Of a stretch of 64,000 nt of DNA, positions 24,501-37,379 are shown in pieces. The notes under the pieces are model-generated. The model was not told the DNA's origin and did no database searches. It saw nothing but the letters and a program-made list of their open reading frames with translations. Origin of the DNA: Camelus dromedarius (lineage: Eukaryota); contig NC_087438.1 in assembly GCF_036321535.1 (NCBI RefSeq), positions 3,288,001 to 3,352,000 on the forward strand. The letters are read 5' to 3'. The translations under genes were made by a program, and so were the position numbers. Positions within the stretch are counted from its first letter, which is position 1; every line of letters starts with the position of its first letter.

Positions 24501-25221
24501 AGGGTGAAGGCTATATTTGCTGAAAACACAGGGCATTTAAGGGCAGAATTCGCTCCGAAGCATATCCTGAAACACAGATCTAATCTAGCTGTGTGAAAAA
24601 TGCATTACACGGGCGGGATCCTTTGGGAACCAGTTGGAAGGAGAAACCCAAGGAAGGCTCTGAACTGGCTCTCTGGGAAGCATATTAAAGACAGGACATT
24701 GGCAGGTGGAGAGGGAGACCCAGAGACGTGCACAGGCCAGTGGAGTCCCCATCTTCTCCAAGGGTTTGCGATTCATGGCCTTGAGCACCAGAAGTGACCT
24801 CAGGGAATGTGGGTTCCCAAAGGAAACAAATCAGAGAATTATTTCTATCCTTGTCCAGGGTACAGAGAGGTATCTTCTCCAGACAAAGGATATTTCCATG
24901 GGAGTGCGAGGCAAGGAAAGGCTGCATGAACTATAGTGACTTAAACCATGGGCATTGGACACAAGAGTGAGTGCACCCTGAGTCCTCCTATGTCAGCGAG
25001 AGAAGAAGGCCTCTGGGATGGAAGCAGGTTTGGAGGCTGCTACGCGCTGTCGGTGTCTCCGTGCAGCCTACAGACCTCATAGCTGATTATGCGGGAGCAC
25101 CGTCGTCTTCTGTTAGCCAGACTTGTTCCTGTAACTCTGTGGTAGTACATCCAAATACATCTGAAGACATACACCTGACACGGCTGAAAAAGAAGAAGAA
25201 AGAAACCCCATCAGGGAAGGC

Positions 25222-25800
25222 TGCCAAAACAAAAACCTCACTGGACTAGGTTAAACAGGCGAAGAAGATTTCATTCAAGGCCTTTGCAACAGGGGAGAGA
25301 GACCGGAACTCAGTCTGACCTCAACTCTGATAAAACAAAGAGAGGTCGGGGTTTAGTCTCTTGGAGGGCGCTAGTGGGGAGGCACTGGAAGGTGTTAGGA
25401 GAGAGGGCGACCACTGGGGTGTGTCCAGCACATTGAGTTATTCCTGCATCTGCAAATGTTTCTGTCTGTGATTAGACCATTTGCACTTGCTAATTGTCAC
25501 CCATCAAAGCAAGGCTCCCATCCTCCAGCAGAGACCTGGGGAACAGGGGCGCTGTCTTCCTTGATGATCATATTTCAAAGGCATGGTTTCCAGGTTCTTG
25601 AAAAAGATGCTGCTACACTGTGAAAGCTGCAACAGTCTTTTTAAAAGAGTACATATGTATTAAAGGTACATAAATGAATTTAAAATGACAAGTTTTCTAA
25701 AGAAAATGCTCAAAGAAAAGGGAGGTGGGGGCCAAGAGTCAGGAATAAGTATGTCTAAAGTTCAGTCCATCTGAGGGGGCTATTAAGAGCATCTTGGACA
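25222..25800 (-). mobile_element. Solo ERV1 LTR, MER31/MER67-like
   Basis: TG...CA termini, 579 bp. Contains ggggcgctgtcttccttgatgatcatatttcaaagg and caagttttctaaagaaaatgctc...gtctaaagttcagtc. 4-bp flanks aggc/agtc (one mismatch). Confidence 0.75.
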
Positions 25801-26899
25801 AGTCCATGAACTGGATGTTTGAGAAATTCTTCAAAACTGCATCAAAGAAAAAGCTATCTTAAAAATACTTTTTTTAAGTGAGAAAACAAAAACATAATCG
25901 CAGTGAACAAATGACAGGATCCAAGGCACCACAGATTGGCACCTCCTGGATGAGTCCTCGTCAGAGTCCAGCTCAGCGCACGCGGTCACCAGCCGACTGT
26001 GGCTGAGCTCCTGCGGGTCAGGCTTGTTCTGTTTCCCACCGTCAATATTATGGAGCGGGCCGCCGCCGTTCATTTCAAGAGCTAAACCTGAAATGCAGCG
26101 AGGGCCTCTCTGCTGCACCAGGTCAGGTCTCCACGTACATCCAAGTAGGGTTTAGATTCAACGGGTACCTCTCAGGCCTGCACAGATCCTTAGACGTGGC
26201 CGGTGCTCTACAGTAAGGATGCCTTCAGTGGTGGCAACCGTGGCTTACCGAGCAGCTCCAGGGGCCTTCAGCCACGACCTCGTGCAGGGTAGATTCTGTA
26301 GAGTCAGTTCCACTAAGTGATGCCTCCAGTCTCGCTTAGGGTCTGGAGACCCCAGCATGCACCCTCCCTCTGAGTGGGAGACCTGGCGAAGAGCAGCGAC
26401 CTGTCCACAAGGGAGGGTTTTCCAAACAGTGCTCGGCCTGAAGACAGCCAGGCGGAGATGCCTAGTAGCTAACGACAAGTGCAGAGACTGGAAGAACATC
26501 TGAATACAGGTTGAAAAATTAATAAAAATGAGTTAAAGGAGATCAGAGTAGAAGCGGCAGTTCAAGAAACACAGGTCAGCTTTTCCAGGGAGAAGCTGAG
26601 AACTGAGGATAGAGTTGAGGGCAGGGACTGAAATGCCACCAAGATTTGGGAGCTGGGCTAAATAAGGGGACTCTCCAAGGAGGACTGAGAAGGAAACAAC
26701 AGAGAAGCAGCAAGAACCTAGAGAGAAGAACACACGCAAACAAAACAGAAATGACATATGGAAGGTGCTTCGCTATGGCGTGGGCCATAGTGTCCAGTTT
26801 ATGCGGCCGCCAGCAAAGATGGGATGGATCCAGTGGGTGGCTTCCTGGTTACTCACTGGGGCCTCATTGAGAAGAGCTCAATAGTGTGGGCTACAAGAC

Positions 26900-27700
26900 A
26901 GACTTCCTCAGCTAGGGGTGCATTAAATCAAGGGCAAGGAGGCAGGACAACAAACGTAGGCCTGTTTTTCTAGACACACAACCACAAAACGTAAGAGGGA
27001 TTTCACATAGTGTCTGAAACAGGACTAAGACCAAGAGAGGGTTTTTTGGGGTTTTTTTTTTTTGTAAGTTAGTTGTTTATAATGTGGATGTGAGTGTGTT
27101 TCTGTGGGGAAGAAAGCAGTGGAGAAGGACTCATGGAAGGAGAAAGAGGAGCAGATGACGGGCCGGGGAAGGATTCTGTAGGGCAGCCTCTGAGCGAGAG
27201 TGGGGGGAAGGCAGTGGGGGGAGCACAGAGAGCATCCGCCCCAGGAAGGGGACAGGGGCTCCAGGGGCTTCCATCCTGGATGCTCTGTGCTCTCCGTGTG
27301 GTCAGATGGAAGGTCGCATCTGAGGGTCAGCAGGGGGAGACATCGGGAGTGATTGCTAGGGGAAGGGGAGAAGGAGCTGACGATGGAAACACGTTGAGAA
27401 AGGCAGTGACTGGCATTGAGGGTGTAACAGACTAGATACAGAAACACACGCCAGCCCCAAGAGCACAGCTGTGTGCAGTTTCTCCAGCAACACTCACTAC
27501 CCTGGTGTCCGTGTGTGGAGAAGCCAGATGGTCAGAAACAAAGTTGTTTTCACAGCAGGTGTGAGGGAAGGACCACAAGGTAGGGCAGCTGAGGGTTACC
27601 ACCAGGGGGCAAGTTGAACTTGTGTGTCACGAGGTCTCCGCTGGAGCACGAGGAATGGCCAGGACACACTGGGAAATTGCGGTGTTAGCATCAGCAGAGA
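26900..27700 (-). mobile_element. Possible L2 remnant
   Basis: Purine-rich on +, with tgtgcagtttctccagcaacactca...gagaagccagatggt resembling antisense L2. Boundaries vague. Confidence 0.3.
27599..27611 (+). promoter_or_regulatory. Candidate CTCF site
   Basis: CCACCAGGGGGCA, a consensus CTCF core. Confidence 0.45.
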
Positions 27701-29079
27701 GGCAGTTGTCACCTGTCCCCACTTCCTCTAGCGGGCATGTCCCAGTACCAGGAGAACACGTCTAGCCCCCTCTGGCCGGCTCTCACACAGCCTCTTTCCC
27801 AGTGAGGGGACAGTGAGCTGACTTGAGTCTGGGGTGACGGTCACTGCGATGGAGCTGGACTTGGACTCGTTCTGCCTGCAGGGCCCTCTCCTGGATGTGC
27901 CGATCCTCAGAGAAGCCCTTCTCCTCTCTGCTCCCTCGTCCAAGAGGCCAGCTGGGCAGTGGGACTTCCAGCTACACCCAGCATTCCTCCGTGAGAAGCC
28001 AGCTTGGCGCCCTGGGGAAGGTGGGTTCGGAGTGGAAGACTCGGACCTCAGGCCCAGACTCCCTTCTCCAATGAACCCGAACAGCTTGCTGCTTTAATCT
28101 TCCTCCTCATCGATCAGTGTTTTGCACGCTACTCCGTTGCTCACAGTTCTGAAGGGCAGGAAGATAAGGTAGATGTTGGTGCCAAGGCCGCTAGCGCTTC
28201 CCAGCTGACTGATGCTCAGGGCTTCCTGGTCCAGTAGAACTGCAGTGGGACGTGTAATCCTGGCTCTGAAAAGAACCCCCTGGGGGACTTTGCTGGCCAG
28301 CTCTATTCAGACCACTGATGTGGTGACGAAGATAATTCTAGAAGACAAGTGGCCTTTCCTGCTCACACACAACCAAGCCCAATCCAATAGCTCAAACTTA
28401 AGAATATAGAAAATCAGAGGAAGATATTTGTGGGTTCCCCCTGGTCCCGCAAACATTGCAGGAACCCCCTGCCGTCCCGGTAGGAGAGCCCACAGCCACG
28501 TCAGGACCAAATCAGTTCTTTAACAAACAGTGCCTTCCTGGAAAATGCAAACATTGACTAAAGCACCTACTCAGACCTGAAAGATAGAAAGATGTGCTCT
28601 TTTGACTTTTAAGAATCAATTTTTAAAACCACCTACATTTAATCAATTTGCGTTTCGTTCCTGTTCTGACTCCACACAGGCGGGTCGCTGTCTGAAATGG
28701 TAGATGCAGCCCAGGGCCCCAGCTAGGATTATTCAAAATGTGTTAGTTCCAATCCAGCTCGTTCGTCTGCCCTTGATGATGAAAGCTGTGTGAGGAAGGA
28801 GGCCGGACTCATGTGATGGGTCCAGTCCTAGAGGGGGAAACCCTGAGGATGGTCACAATCGCCTTTCAGCGGCTCCGAGCCCACCGTGAAGCCTCTGTGC
28901 GTGGAACATGTAATGAGGTTACACAGCATCAAACCTAGCGTCAAACTGGAGGCCACTCAGAGGGAGGCATATTCCCGCGCTGTCTACCGCGGAGTGACCC
29001 CAGGGTCCAGCCCCCATCACAGCCTCCCAGTCCCCAGTGCTGAGGGTGGGTTTTTTTTGTTGTATTTGGATATCTAATT

Positions 29080-29462
29080 ATTTCAGTAACTTTTGTTAAA
29101 AATATCTCTTTTAATTTGAATTATTTGATATTTTGTTGAAAATCAGTCTGTCATTTATGTAATATCCATCACCAAAAGAGTCTTTTTGGACTTTGTTATG
29201 TTCCAATTCTTATATTTCTATCCTGATACCAGGAAGGCAGTCTTGGGAACTATGACTTCATAGTAAGTCTTGAAATCAGATAGAGCAGATCCTCCAAATC
29301 CGTTTGTTTGTGTGCTTGTTTTTGTAATTACTTTAGCTATTCTAAGCCATTTCCAGGTGCATATATATTTTAGAATTAGATTGTGAATTTATACCAAACA
29401 AAGTCTTCTCTCTTTTTGTTGGGATTTAATTGAATCTGTAGGTAATATGGGAAGAATTTACT
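29080..29462 (-). mobile_element. Ancient L1 ORF2 fragment
   Basis: tagtaagtcttgaaatcag...tcctccaa...tttagctattct...attttagaattagattg...ttgaatctgtag...gggaagaatt. Confidence 0.7.
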
Positions 29463-29735
29463 TTTTAAAAAATTAATTAATTTTGGGGGGGTAAACAAAG
29501 TTTATTCTAGGAAGAGCAACTCATTGAGAGATAAAACCATTTTAAAATGTACACATATGTACTGTTCATTGTTTCTAAGAACAGTTTAGAGCTTTAGCTT
29601 TTTAAATATAAGTACTCATCAAAGGAATAAAGCCAACTACAAAATAAGAATCAACAGAATGCAGTAATCCAATCATAAAGGACAGTCACATGTGCTTACA
29701 CATATTTAAGAAATCAATCATCTAAGTTATAAATA

Positions 29736-30091
29736 GTGTCTTTTTTTTTTAATTCCAAATATAAGGGATATCATACAGCATTTTTCTTTCTCTTTCTGGC
29801 TTACTTTACTTAGAATGACAATCTCTAGGCCCATCCATGTTGCTGCAAATGGCATTATTTTATTCTTTTTTATGGCTTAATAGTATTCCACTGTGTGTGT
29901 GTGTGTGTGTGTGCGCGTGCGTGTGTGTGTGTGTATTCCACATCTTCTTTATCCAGTCATCTGTTGATGGACATTTAGGCTGTTTCCATGTCTTGGTTAT
30001 TGTAAATAGTGCTGCTATGAACATTGGGGTGAAAGTGTCTTTTTGAATTGTATTTTCCTCTGGGTCATTGTGAGATTGTACGGTAAGTCTA
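29736..30091 (-). mobile_element. L1 ORF2 3' end (sense-to-element half of a 5'-inverted insertion) with internal (TG)n expansion
   Basis: ORF 29860..30102 contains [31 protein letters not shown]. The element stops just past the ORF2 end (...ggaattaaaaaaaaaaagacac). Confidence 0.9.
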
Positions 30092-30971
30092 CAAAGCCAC
30101 ACTAATCAAAACAGTATGGTACTGGCACAGAAACAGACACATAGATCAATGGAAAAGGACAGAAAGTCCAGAAATAAATCCACACACTTATGGTCAATTA
30201 ATCTAAGACAAAGGAGGCAAGAATATACAATGAAGAAAAGACAATCTCTTCAATAAGTGGTACTGGGAAAACTGGACAGCTACCTGTAAAAGACTAAAAT
30301 TAGAACATTCTCTAACACCATATACATAAATAAATTCAAAATGGATTAAAGATTTAAATGTAAGACCAGATAGTATAAAACTCTTAGAGGAAAACATAGA
30401 CAGAACACTCTTGGACATAAATCACAGCAGTACATTTTTTGAACCAGCTCCTGGAGTAATGCAAATAAAAGCAAACTAAACAAATGGGATCTAATTAAAC
30501 TTAAAAGCTTCTGCACAGCTAGAGATGCCATCAACAAAATGAAAACAAAGCAACCTACAGGATGGGAGAAAATTTGAAAATGATGTGACAGACAAGGGAC
30601 TAATTTCCAAAATATACAAACAGCTCATACACCTTCATATCAAAAAACAAGCAACCCAATCAAAAAATGGGCAGAAGACCCTAATAGACATCTCTCCAAA
30701 GAAGACAGGCATATGGCCAACAAGCACATGAAGAGATGGTCATTATCACTAATTGTTAGAGAAATGCAAATTAAAACTATAATGAGATGTCATCTCACCC
30801 CCGCCAGAATGGCCATCATTTAAAAGTCTACAAATGACAAATGCTGGAGAGGGTGTGGGGAAAAAGGAGCCCTCCTACACTGCTGGTGGGAATGTAAATT
30901 GGTGCGGCCACTGTGGAGGACACTATGGAGGTTCCTTAAAAAACTAAAAGTAGACTTGCCATATGATCCAG
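30089..30971 (+). mobile_element. L1 ORF2 segment (inverted half of the same insertion)
   Basis: ctacaaagccacactaatcaaaacagtatggtactggcac ([12 protein letters not shown] motif) through ...aaaactaaaagtagacttgccatatgatccag. Confidence 0.9.
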
Positions 30972-32305
30972 ACTAGCTTATTTTAAATCTTACTGTAGAG
31001 CTCCAGTCAACAAGATAGTGTGATAGCAGTAAAAGAATAGATATTTAGACTGAAGTAACTGAATAGAGAGCCTATGAATATGTTCACACACATAGTTAAC
31101 TGATTTACGTAAAAGAATTGAAGGCAATACAATCCTCTTTTCAGCGACAGTACCTGAAGATTTGAACATCTAAACTTTTCAAAATGAACCTAGGCACAGA
31201 TCTTACACCTTACCCCCAAATTAACTAAAAATGTATCTTCAGTCTAAATGAATAATGCAAAACTGCAGCAGTTCTAGAAGAAAACATGGCGGGGTAGATC
31301 AAAGTTACTTTGGGTTTAATGATGAGCTTTTAAGTACAATAACCAAAAGTATACTCCATGAGAGAAAAAAAATTGGCAAGTTGGAGTTTGTTAAAATTTA
31401 AAAAAAAAACTGGTGTTCTGTAAAAGATGTTGTTAAGATAGTTAAAATGAAAGCCACAGACTGGAAGAAAATATATGCAAAACTCATATCCAATAAAAGA
31501 CATATCCACAATGTACAGTGTATGCTTAAGACTCAACAATAAGTAAACAAATAATGTAATTTAAAAATGGGGCAAATGATCACCTCACCAAAAAAGACAT
31601 GCATATGGCACATAAGCAAATAAAAAGATGTTCAACACCATTTGTCATTAAGGGAATTCCAAATTAAAATGGCAACTAGATACTACTAGTTCCTACTAGA
31701 ATGGCCAAAATTTTAAAAATAAATTAATTAAAAATAAATTTAAAAACTTGTCCATTCCAGCTGCCGGTGAGGGTTTACCCTAAGAGGAATTCTCACTCAC
31801 TCCTCATGGGAATGCAAAACGGCACAGCCACTTTGGAAGACAGAATGGCAATTTCTTAAAAACTAAATACAGTCTCAGCACACAAACCAGCAATCATATT
31901 CCTTGGTATTTACCCAACTGATTTGAATACTTACGCCCACACAAACACTTACATGTAAACACTTACGGTATCTTTATTCATTATCACCCAAAACTGGAAG
32001 CAGCCAAGATGTCCTTCAGTGGACCAATGGACAAACAAACTGTAGTGCATCCTTACAGTGGGTGTTGGGGACCCCTGGACAGAGGCATGACAAAACATCT
32101 GGCTCAACTACAAATACAGGAAACAATCTCATCAAGGGAATGAGGGAAGATGTTTTTGTCCTAAGTAACTTTGGGTATTAGTGGTATCTGTAAAAATAAA
32201 GGCAAAAGAAATGAGACATAGCCCTGCACAGTAATTGATAAAGTTATGTCACATGGGGGTGCAGGTTAACAAATGTACTACTGACCTACATGTGTGCTGG
32301 GATTT

Positions 32306-32572
32306 CTTTTTAGATTGAGGTATAGTCAGCTTACAATATTGTGTCAATTTCTGGTGTACGGCATAATAGTTCCGTCATCCATATACATATATTTTCATAT
32401 TCTTTTTCATTATAGGTTACTACAAGATATTGTATATATTGCCCTGTGCTGTACAGAAGAAACTTATTTTTTATCTGTTTTATATCTAGTAGTTAGTATC
32501 TGCACATCTCAAACTGCCAATTTATCCCTCCCCACCACCCTCCCCCCTTGGTAACCGTAAGTTTGTTTTCTG
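32306..32572 (-). mobile_element. Short camelid L1 3'UTR insertion nested in the L1MC3
   Basis: tttttagattgaggtatagtcagcttacaatattgtgtcaatttctggtgtac...ggtaaccgtaagtttgttttct. Degenerate TSD tgtgctgggattt / tgtactggaatta. Confidence 0.8.
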
Positions 32573-33248
32573 TTCTGTACTGGAATTATTGCAGTGGGAA
32601 GTTACAGATAAGCAAAGGGAGGAGACTAGAATGACTTATGAGGTAATGGATTAGAATCTAAAATATCCATATAAATTCACATTTAGCATCATTAGAAACA
32701 GATGGCTACATCTAAGAACTATTGATAGACATTTGCATATTCAGTAGTTAAAATGCACACGTACATTTCCTCGCTGTGTCGGATGAGAGCTAAGACGCAG
32801 CAGCAACGCACCAGCAACAGGTACCTCTGGTTTCAGACGGTGGCTTCCGAGTCCACTCTCTGATAAAGGAACCAGGGCTCCTTGGAGAACTGGCTGATTT
32901 TATGACTGTGATTGGAGATTTAAAAAATGAGCTTGGGACGTCTTGTAGTGGCAGAAAGTGAAGATTCTCTCAAAAACAAACAAAAAAATAAGCGAACAAA
33001 CAAAAAGCACAATTGATGGGGGTATGGCTACGGGATGAAGGAGCCAAATGAAAGGGTCCCTTATGGCCAAGGCTGGAACAGTCAAAACAACAGAATAAAT
33101 ATGGCGGTCTTGGATTATAATCCAAAGTATGAAATAAATATCCATGAGCTCATAGTGATATAAATAAAAGACTGAATACAAAAGAAAATGGGGGAGGAAC
33201 GGGCAAATATCCAACACAGAAAATCTCCAAATAATTCATGTAGATACT

Positions 33249-33571
33249 TGGTTTGAACTGAATGTTTGTCTCTCTAAAATTCATATATTGAACCCTAATG
33301 TTCAATGTATTGAAATTAAGAGGTGGGGCCTTAGGGAGGTGACCAGGTCATGAGGGGGGAGCTCCTGTGAATGGGGTTAGCTCCCTGATAAAGAGACCCC
33401 AGGGAGGCCCCTTGCTCCCTCTGCACAGGGAGGAGATGCCACCCCTGCACCAGGAAGCAGACCGTCCCCAGACGCGGGGGCTGTCCGTCTCGGAACTCTG
33501 AGGAGGAAGTGTGCTGTTTAGAGACCACCCAGTCCAGGTGTTACTGTTACAGCAGCCAGGGCAGACTAAGA
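33249..33571 (+). mobile_element. MLT1A0-like MaLR LTR nested in the L1MC3
   Basis: actgaatgtttgtctctctaaaattcatatattgaaccctaa...gaggtggggccttagggaggtg...ataaagagacccca...cagcagccagggcagactaaga. Confidence 0.85.
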
Positions 33572-34727
33572 GCTAACTCCACTGTCAAGTTAATACGTCC
33601 ACTCTGTGTGCTTTACAGGGTGACTTCCTCCCAGCGAGCACCGTATGGAAGGAGGTAAAAGAGTAACTGGGCAGAGAGAAGCTTGACAAACCCTCCCTCA
33701 GCCAGGAAATCAAGGTCAACCCCAACAGGGGTACGTCAGGCTGACGGTCTGAGCCCGTGCTGCGAAGGGAGGGAGCGGTACTTTGCCTCCGGAACCTTCC
33801 TCCTCAAACACCATGATCTTCGTCCAGTCACACGCATCAGAGGAATCCCACTTCACGGACATTGTGACCAGAGCTCCAAGCTCTCAGGACCATCCAGAAC
33901 AAGGAAAGCCTGAGGAACTGTCACCGCCAAGAGGAGAGCAAGGAGTCATGTCTACTAAACACAGTGTGGCATCTGGGATGGGGTCCTCCTGGAATATAAA
34001 AAAAGAAAACAGACACTGGGTAAAAACCAAGGCAATTTGAATTTGGGGTACACACTTTCACTAATAATAATGATGTATCAATATTGGTTCATTATTTGGA
34101 ACAAATTAATGAGATAAGATGTTAATAAGAGGGGGAACTGGTTTTCAGGTACATAGGAGCTCCCTGAACTACCTTAACAGTTGCTCCGTAATCTTAAAAC
34201 TCTTCTAAAATAAAATGTTGTCTGTTTGTTTGTTTGGTTTAAGTGAAAAAGGCACCTCTCTAAAAGACTGGATGCTTATGCCGAAGAGGCTGAGGTAACC
34301 AGGAAGGGTCTTTTAGGGCAAAAATTAATGTTTTCTGACTATTTAGTCCTTGAGCAGAAAGATACTCATGGAAAATTTGGGTTTCTGGTCACTAAAAAAA
34401 AAAAAAAGATTTTATCTGTGCATGACTGAATCATAGCATATAATTTTTAACCTAGGTCAGTTTAATGTATAAAACATTTTTATTCCAAATGAAGTAATAA
34501 GTGAAAGGATGATGTTTTATATTCCTTGCTAGGCGTTTCCCCAACTCTTTAGACATGTGCAATCTATTTGTTTATTAAAGTAACTAATAAACAGAGAAAT
34601 ATTAAAAATAATAAACACATAATTAAAGTGGCTTTACAATCTCTTCGTGTTAGTTCTGCTAGATCCGGCATTAATGTCCCTCCAATCATTATTTTTGCTG
34701 AGGGTATTCTACACAATCCAGTCATCG

Positions 34728-34828
34728 CCATCCTCTTCCCTTGTCTTCTCCTTCCCCTTGTTTTCCCCTCCCCCTCCCCCTCCCCTTCTGCTTCATCTTC
34801 ATCATCTTCATCTTCATCATCACCATCA
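34728..34828. repeat. Polypyrimidine tract with (C4-5T)n and degenerate (TCA/TCT)n
   Basis: ttttcccctccccctccccctccccttctgcttcatcttcatcatcttcatcttcatcatcaccatc. Confidence 0.85.
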
Positions 34829-35859
34829 GAGCAAGCACTTCTGTGATGCACTGATCTCAGGGCTTCTCTGCCTAACTCAGTTAATTCATTCAAACGCTAT
34901 ACCAGCTTTATTCTGTGGAGGAGCTTAGACCAAGTTAGTGACGGAAGCAGGGTTTACCTTTAACGGACCCTCTCCAGAGCGCATACTTGTATCCACCACC
35001 CAACCCTGCCTTCCATGAGCACAGTCATCCCCCAAATGGCAGGATTCTGATCTTTTGGGAAGCAAAGGATCTGTCACTAGTTGGCTGCAGTATTAGTGAG
35101 TCTGGAAAAGCAGCTTTAATTTTTGTGCTGTGGCAAATAACAAGCCAGGATTTCTTGAACCGGATCAGTTCCCAGAGCCTGGCAGGACGGGGGCTGCCCA
35201 CGCGCAGCGTCAGGGCGAAATCCCATCCGCGGGGCGCTCACGTGGCGGGCGTGGGAACGGCAGAGAATCGTGCCGGATCTGCTCCTCCCAGTGACTCCAT
35301 CACCCGAAAAACATGTGCTTGGCAGCTGGGGGAGTGTGTTAGTTCAAAGGAAATAATAATAAAAGACAGGGGAAAAGGAGGCAAATGTGCATTCTCCAAT
35401 TATTTACTTGTAACATATGTTAAATAATTGTAATATGTTTGTTTTCATGTTTCGTTACTAGGAACTTTCACCTTATCTCCAAAGAACAGAAGACTGCCAA
35501 GTCACAACAGCCGGGCCTCTTTCTAAATAAGGCATTTATGAGCAGAGGCCGAAATGCTGACTCTGGCTGTATTAGCCACATGTCCTGGCTACTTTAAAAC
35601 TGGAAATAGCTTCCAGACAGTTAATAACTAGCAGACTGGTTCGGCTTGAAAAGTTGTTGTGAGCAGTACCTGCTACCCTTGTCGTCAGGGCTCTGCCAGA
35701 CGAGTCCCTCCCCCTAGACTGACAGCTACCCACTCGGGAGAAAATTTGTCTCACCACTCAAATTCTGAAAAGCTGTTTGCCAGTTTTGAGAGAACCAACC
35801 TCCACATCAACACGAGGAGTCAGTTAGAAAAATGATCGTATGCGCTTCTGAGAGTCAGA

Positions 35860-36070
35860 ACAGCACAAAGGAGAGAATTTGGGCTTTGGAATAAGAATGA
35901 GGATGGCGACTCTCACAGTTGGTAACTGAGCAACTGGAGACTAATTGTTGCATCTCCATGAGTCTCAACTGTCTCATCTAGAACTCCGGTGTGATAAACC
36001 ACACTCTGTAAAGTGGTGTGGGGCTTAAAGTAAGCATGTGTAGAAACATTCAGCCACGATAATAAACACC
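35860..36070 (+). mobile_element. MIR remnant
   Basis: tgggctttggaat...catctccatgagtctcaactgtctcatcta...gcttaaagtaagcatgtgtagaaacattcagc. Confidence 0.5.
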
Positions 36071-37379
36071 AATCCAGTTTTATTTATTTATATTGCTCTC
36101 TGAACCACACCTTCAGGTAACTGAGATGGAATTAAACCCAGTGGACTCTTAGCAGTCAGTGCATCTCACAGTAGTACTTAAAACCAGCACGCTAGAGAGG
36201 GCGACCTACTGTCATGTGACAGAGAAACAGGCCAATTCCCTGGCCATCTTGGGACCTTCTCTCTAACTCTGAGATTCATGGCTCCCTTCCCTTAGTTGAA
36301 ACTTGAAAGGAAGTATGTCAGTGGGTGGGAATAGCAACCCGGTGCTGGAATGTGGTTTGCTGGAAGAGTCAGAACAAAGGTGTACAAGATAACCAAGGGC
36401 CAAGCCAAAGAGTGCCCTAAATATGACCCTGTATCATCTGGGTGACAGGCCATGCTTGATACCTACTGAACTCCTGTGGCAGCTCATTCCTTGAATACCT
36501 TCTCACACACAGTCTTACAACTGCCGTCTGAGAGGCAATCATGACTTCCACGTGGCAGACGAGAGACCGGAGGCGTCACGAGGTGCAGCACCTGTCCAGG
36601 TTCACATCGGTGTGGAAGGCAGCCCAGTCCTGCCCAGGGCAGGAGCCTGCGCCCCTCCCCCAGGTGCTCCCCGGCCGCCCACATCCCCCAGGCTCTGAGC
36701 ATTTTAAGGACAGTGCAACGGCTTGTTTAGAGTTGCTTTGCTGTGGCCCAGCAGCCCAGCTGCCAAATCACAAACATTTGTTAGATGAATGCTGTCTAGG
36801 TTGTAACTGTTTGACCCAGGCAACGTCACGATGACACTGGTGCTTGGGCCGCATTAGTCTGATAGAGTGCAGGTTGGTTGGACCAGAAATGTGGGCGTGG
36901 AGATGAGAACCAGAAAGCTGTCTCAGGGGACCGTTACCATGGACCGCCGTGACGACACGTGAGGCAGCCACAGAGCTTAACCCTTCCTTCTCCACTGTGT
37001 GCAGCACAGCTCGAGGAAGCTGCAGAGCCTGCCACGCTGGGCCACTCTGCGTGATCCTGCCCCCTTTCCCTACCTCGCCTTTCCCTCTGTGGGGCTGGAG
37101 ACCCTTCCGCCTCACTAGTGGGTTCCTCAGCTGTGGGCGTTCATTCACACAGCTCTTCTGAATGGTCACAGGGAGCTGCTGTCACTGCCTAGAGAAGGCC
37201 ACGTTTATGCTACATAGCCGACTACCTGAGGGACATCTGAGTTAATCACGAGGTTAGTTCCTGCGTGATTGTGTAAGTATCTTAGGACGGCTCTGCACAC
37301 TGAGTACCTGCATTGTCTCCCAGAATCCACAAAAAGTCCTCGCTGTGGTACTTCTCTCCACTTGAGGCTTTAAAAAATG

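Larger units (their letters stand above)
30975..34220 (+). mobile_element. L1MC3-like LINE (ORF2 end plus long 3'UTR), interrupted by younger elements
   Basis: ORF2 3' motifs, then characteristic 3'UTR blocks aatctccaaataattcatgtagatac, cctcagccaggaaatcaaggtcaac, aactgtcaccgccaagaggag, tgtatcaatattggttcatt, ctaaaataaaa. Confidence 0.8.

Noticed and set aside
34564..34893. ORF with an acidic DDEDEDDEDEAEGEGEG run
   Set aside because: It is a translation of the (TCA/TCT)n and (CCCCT)n simple repeat.
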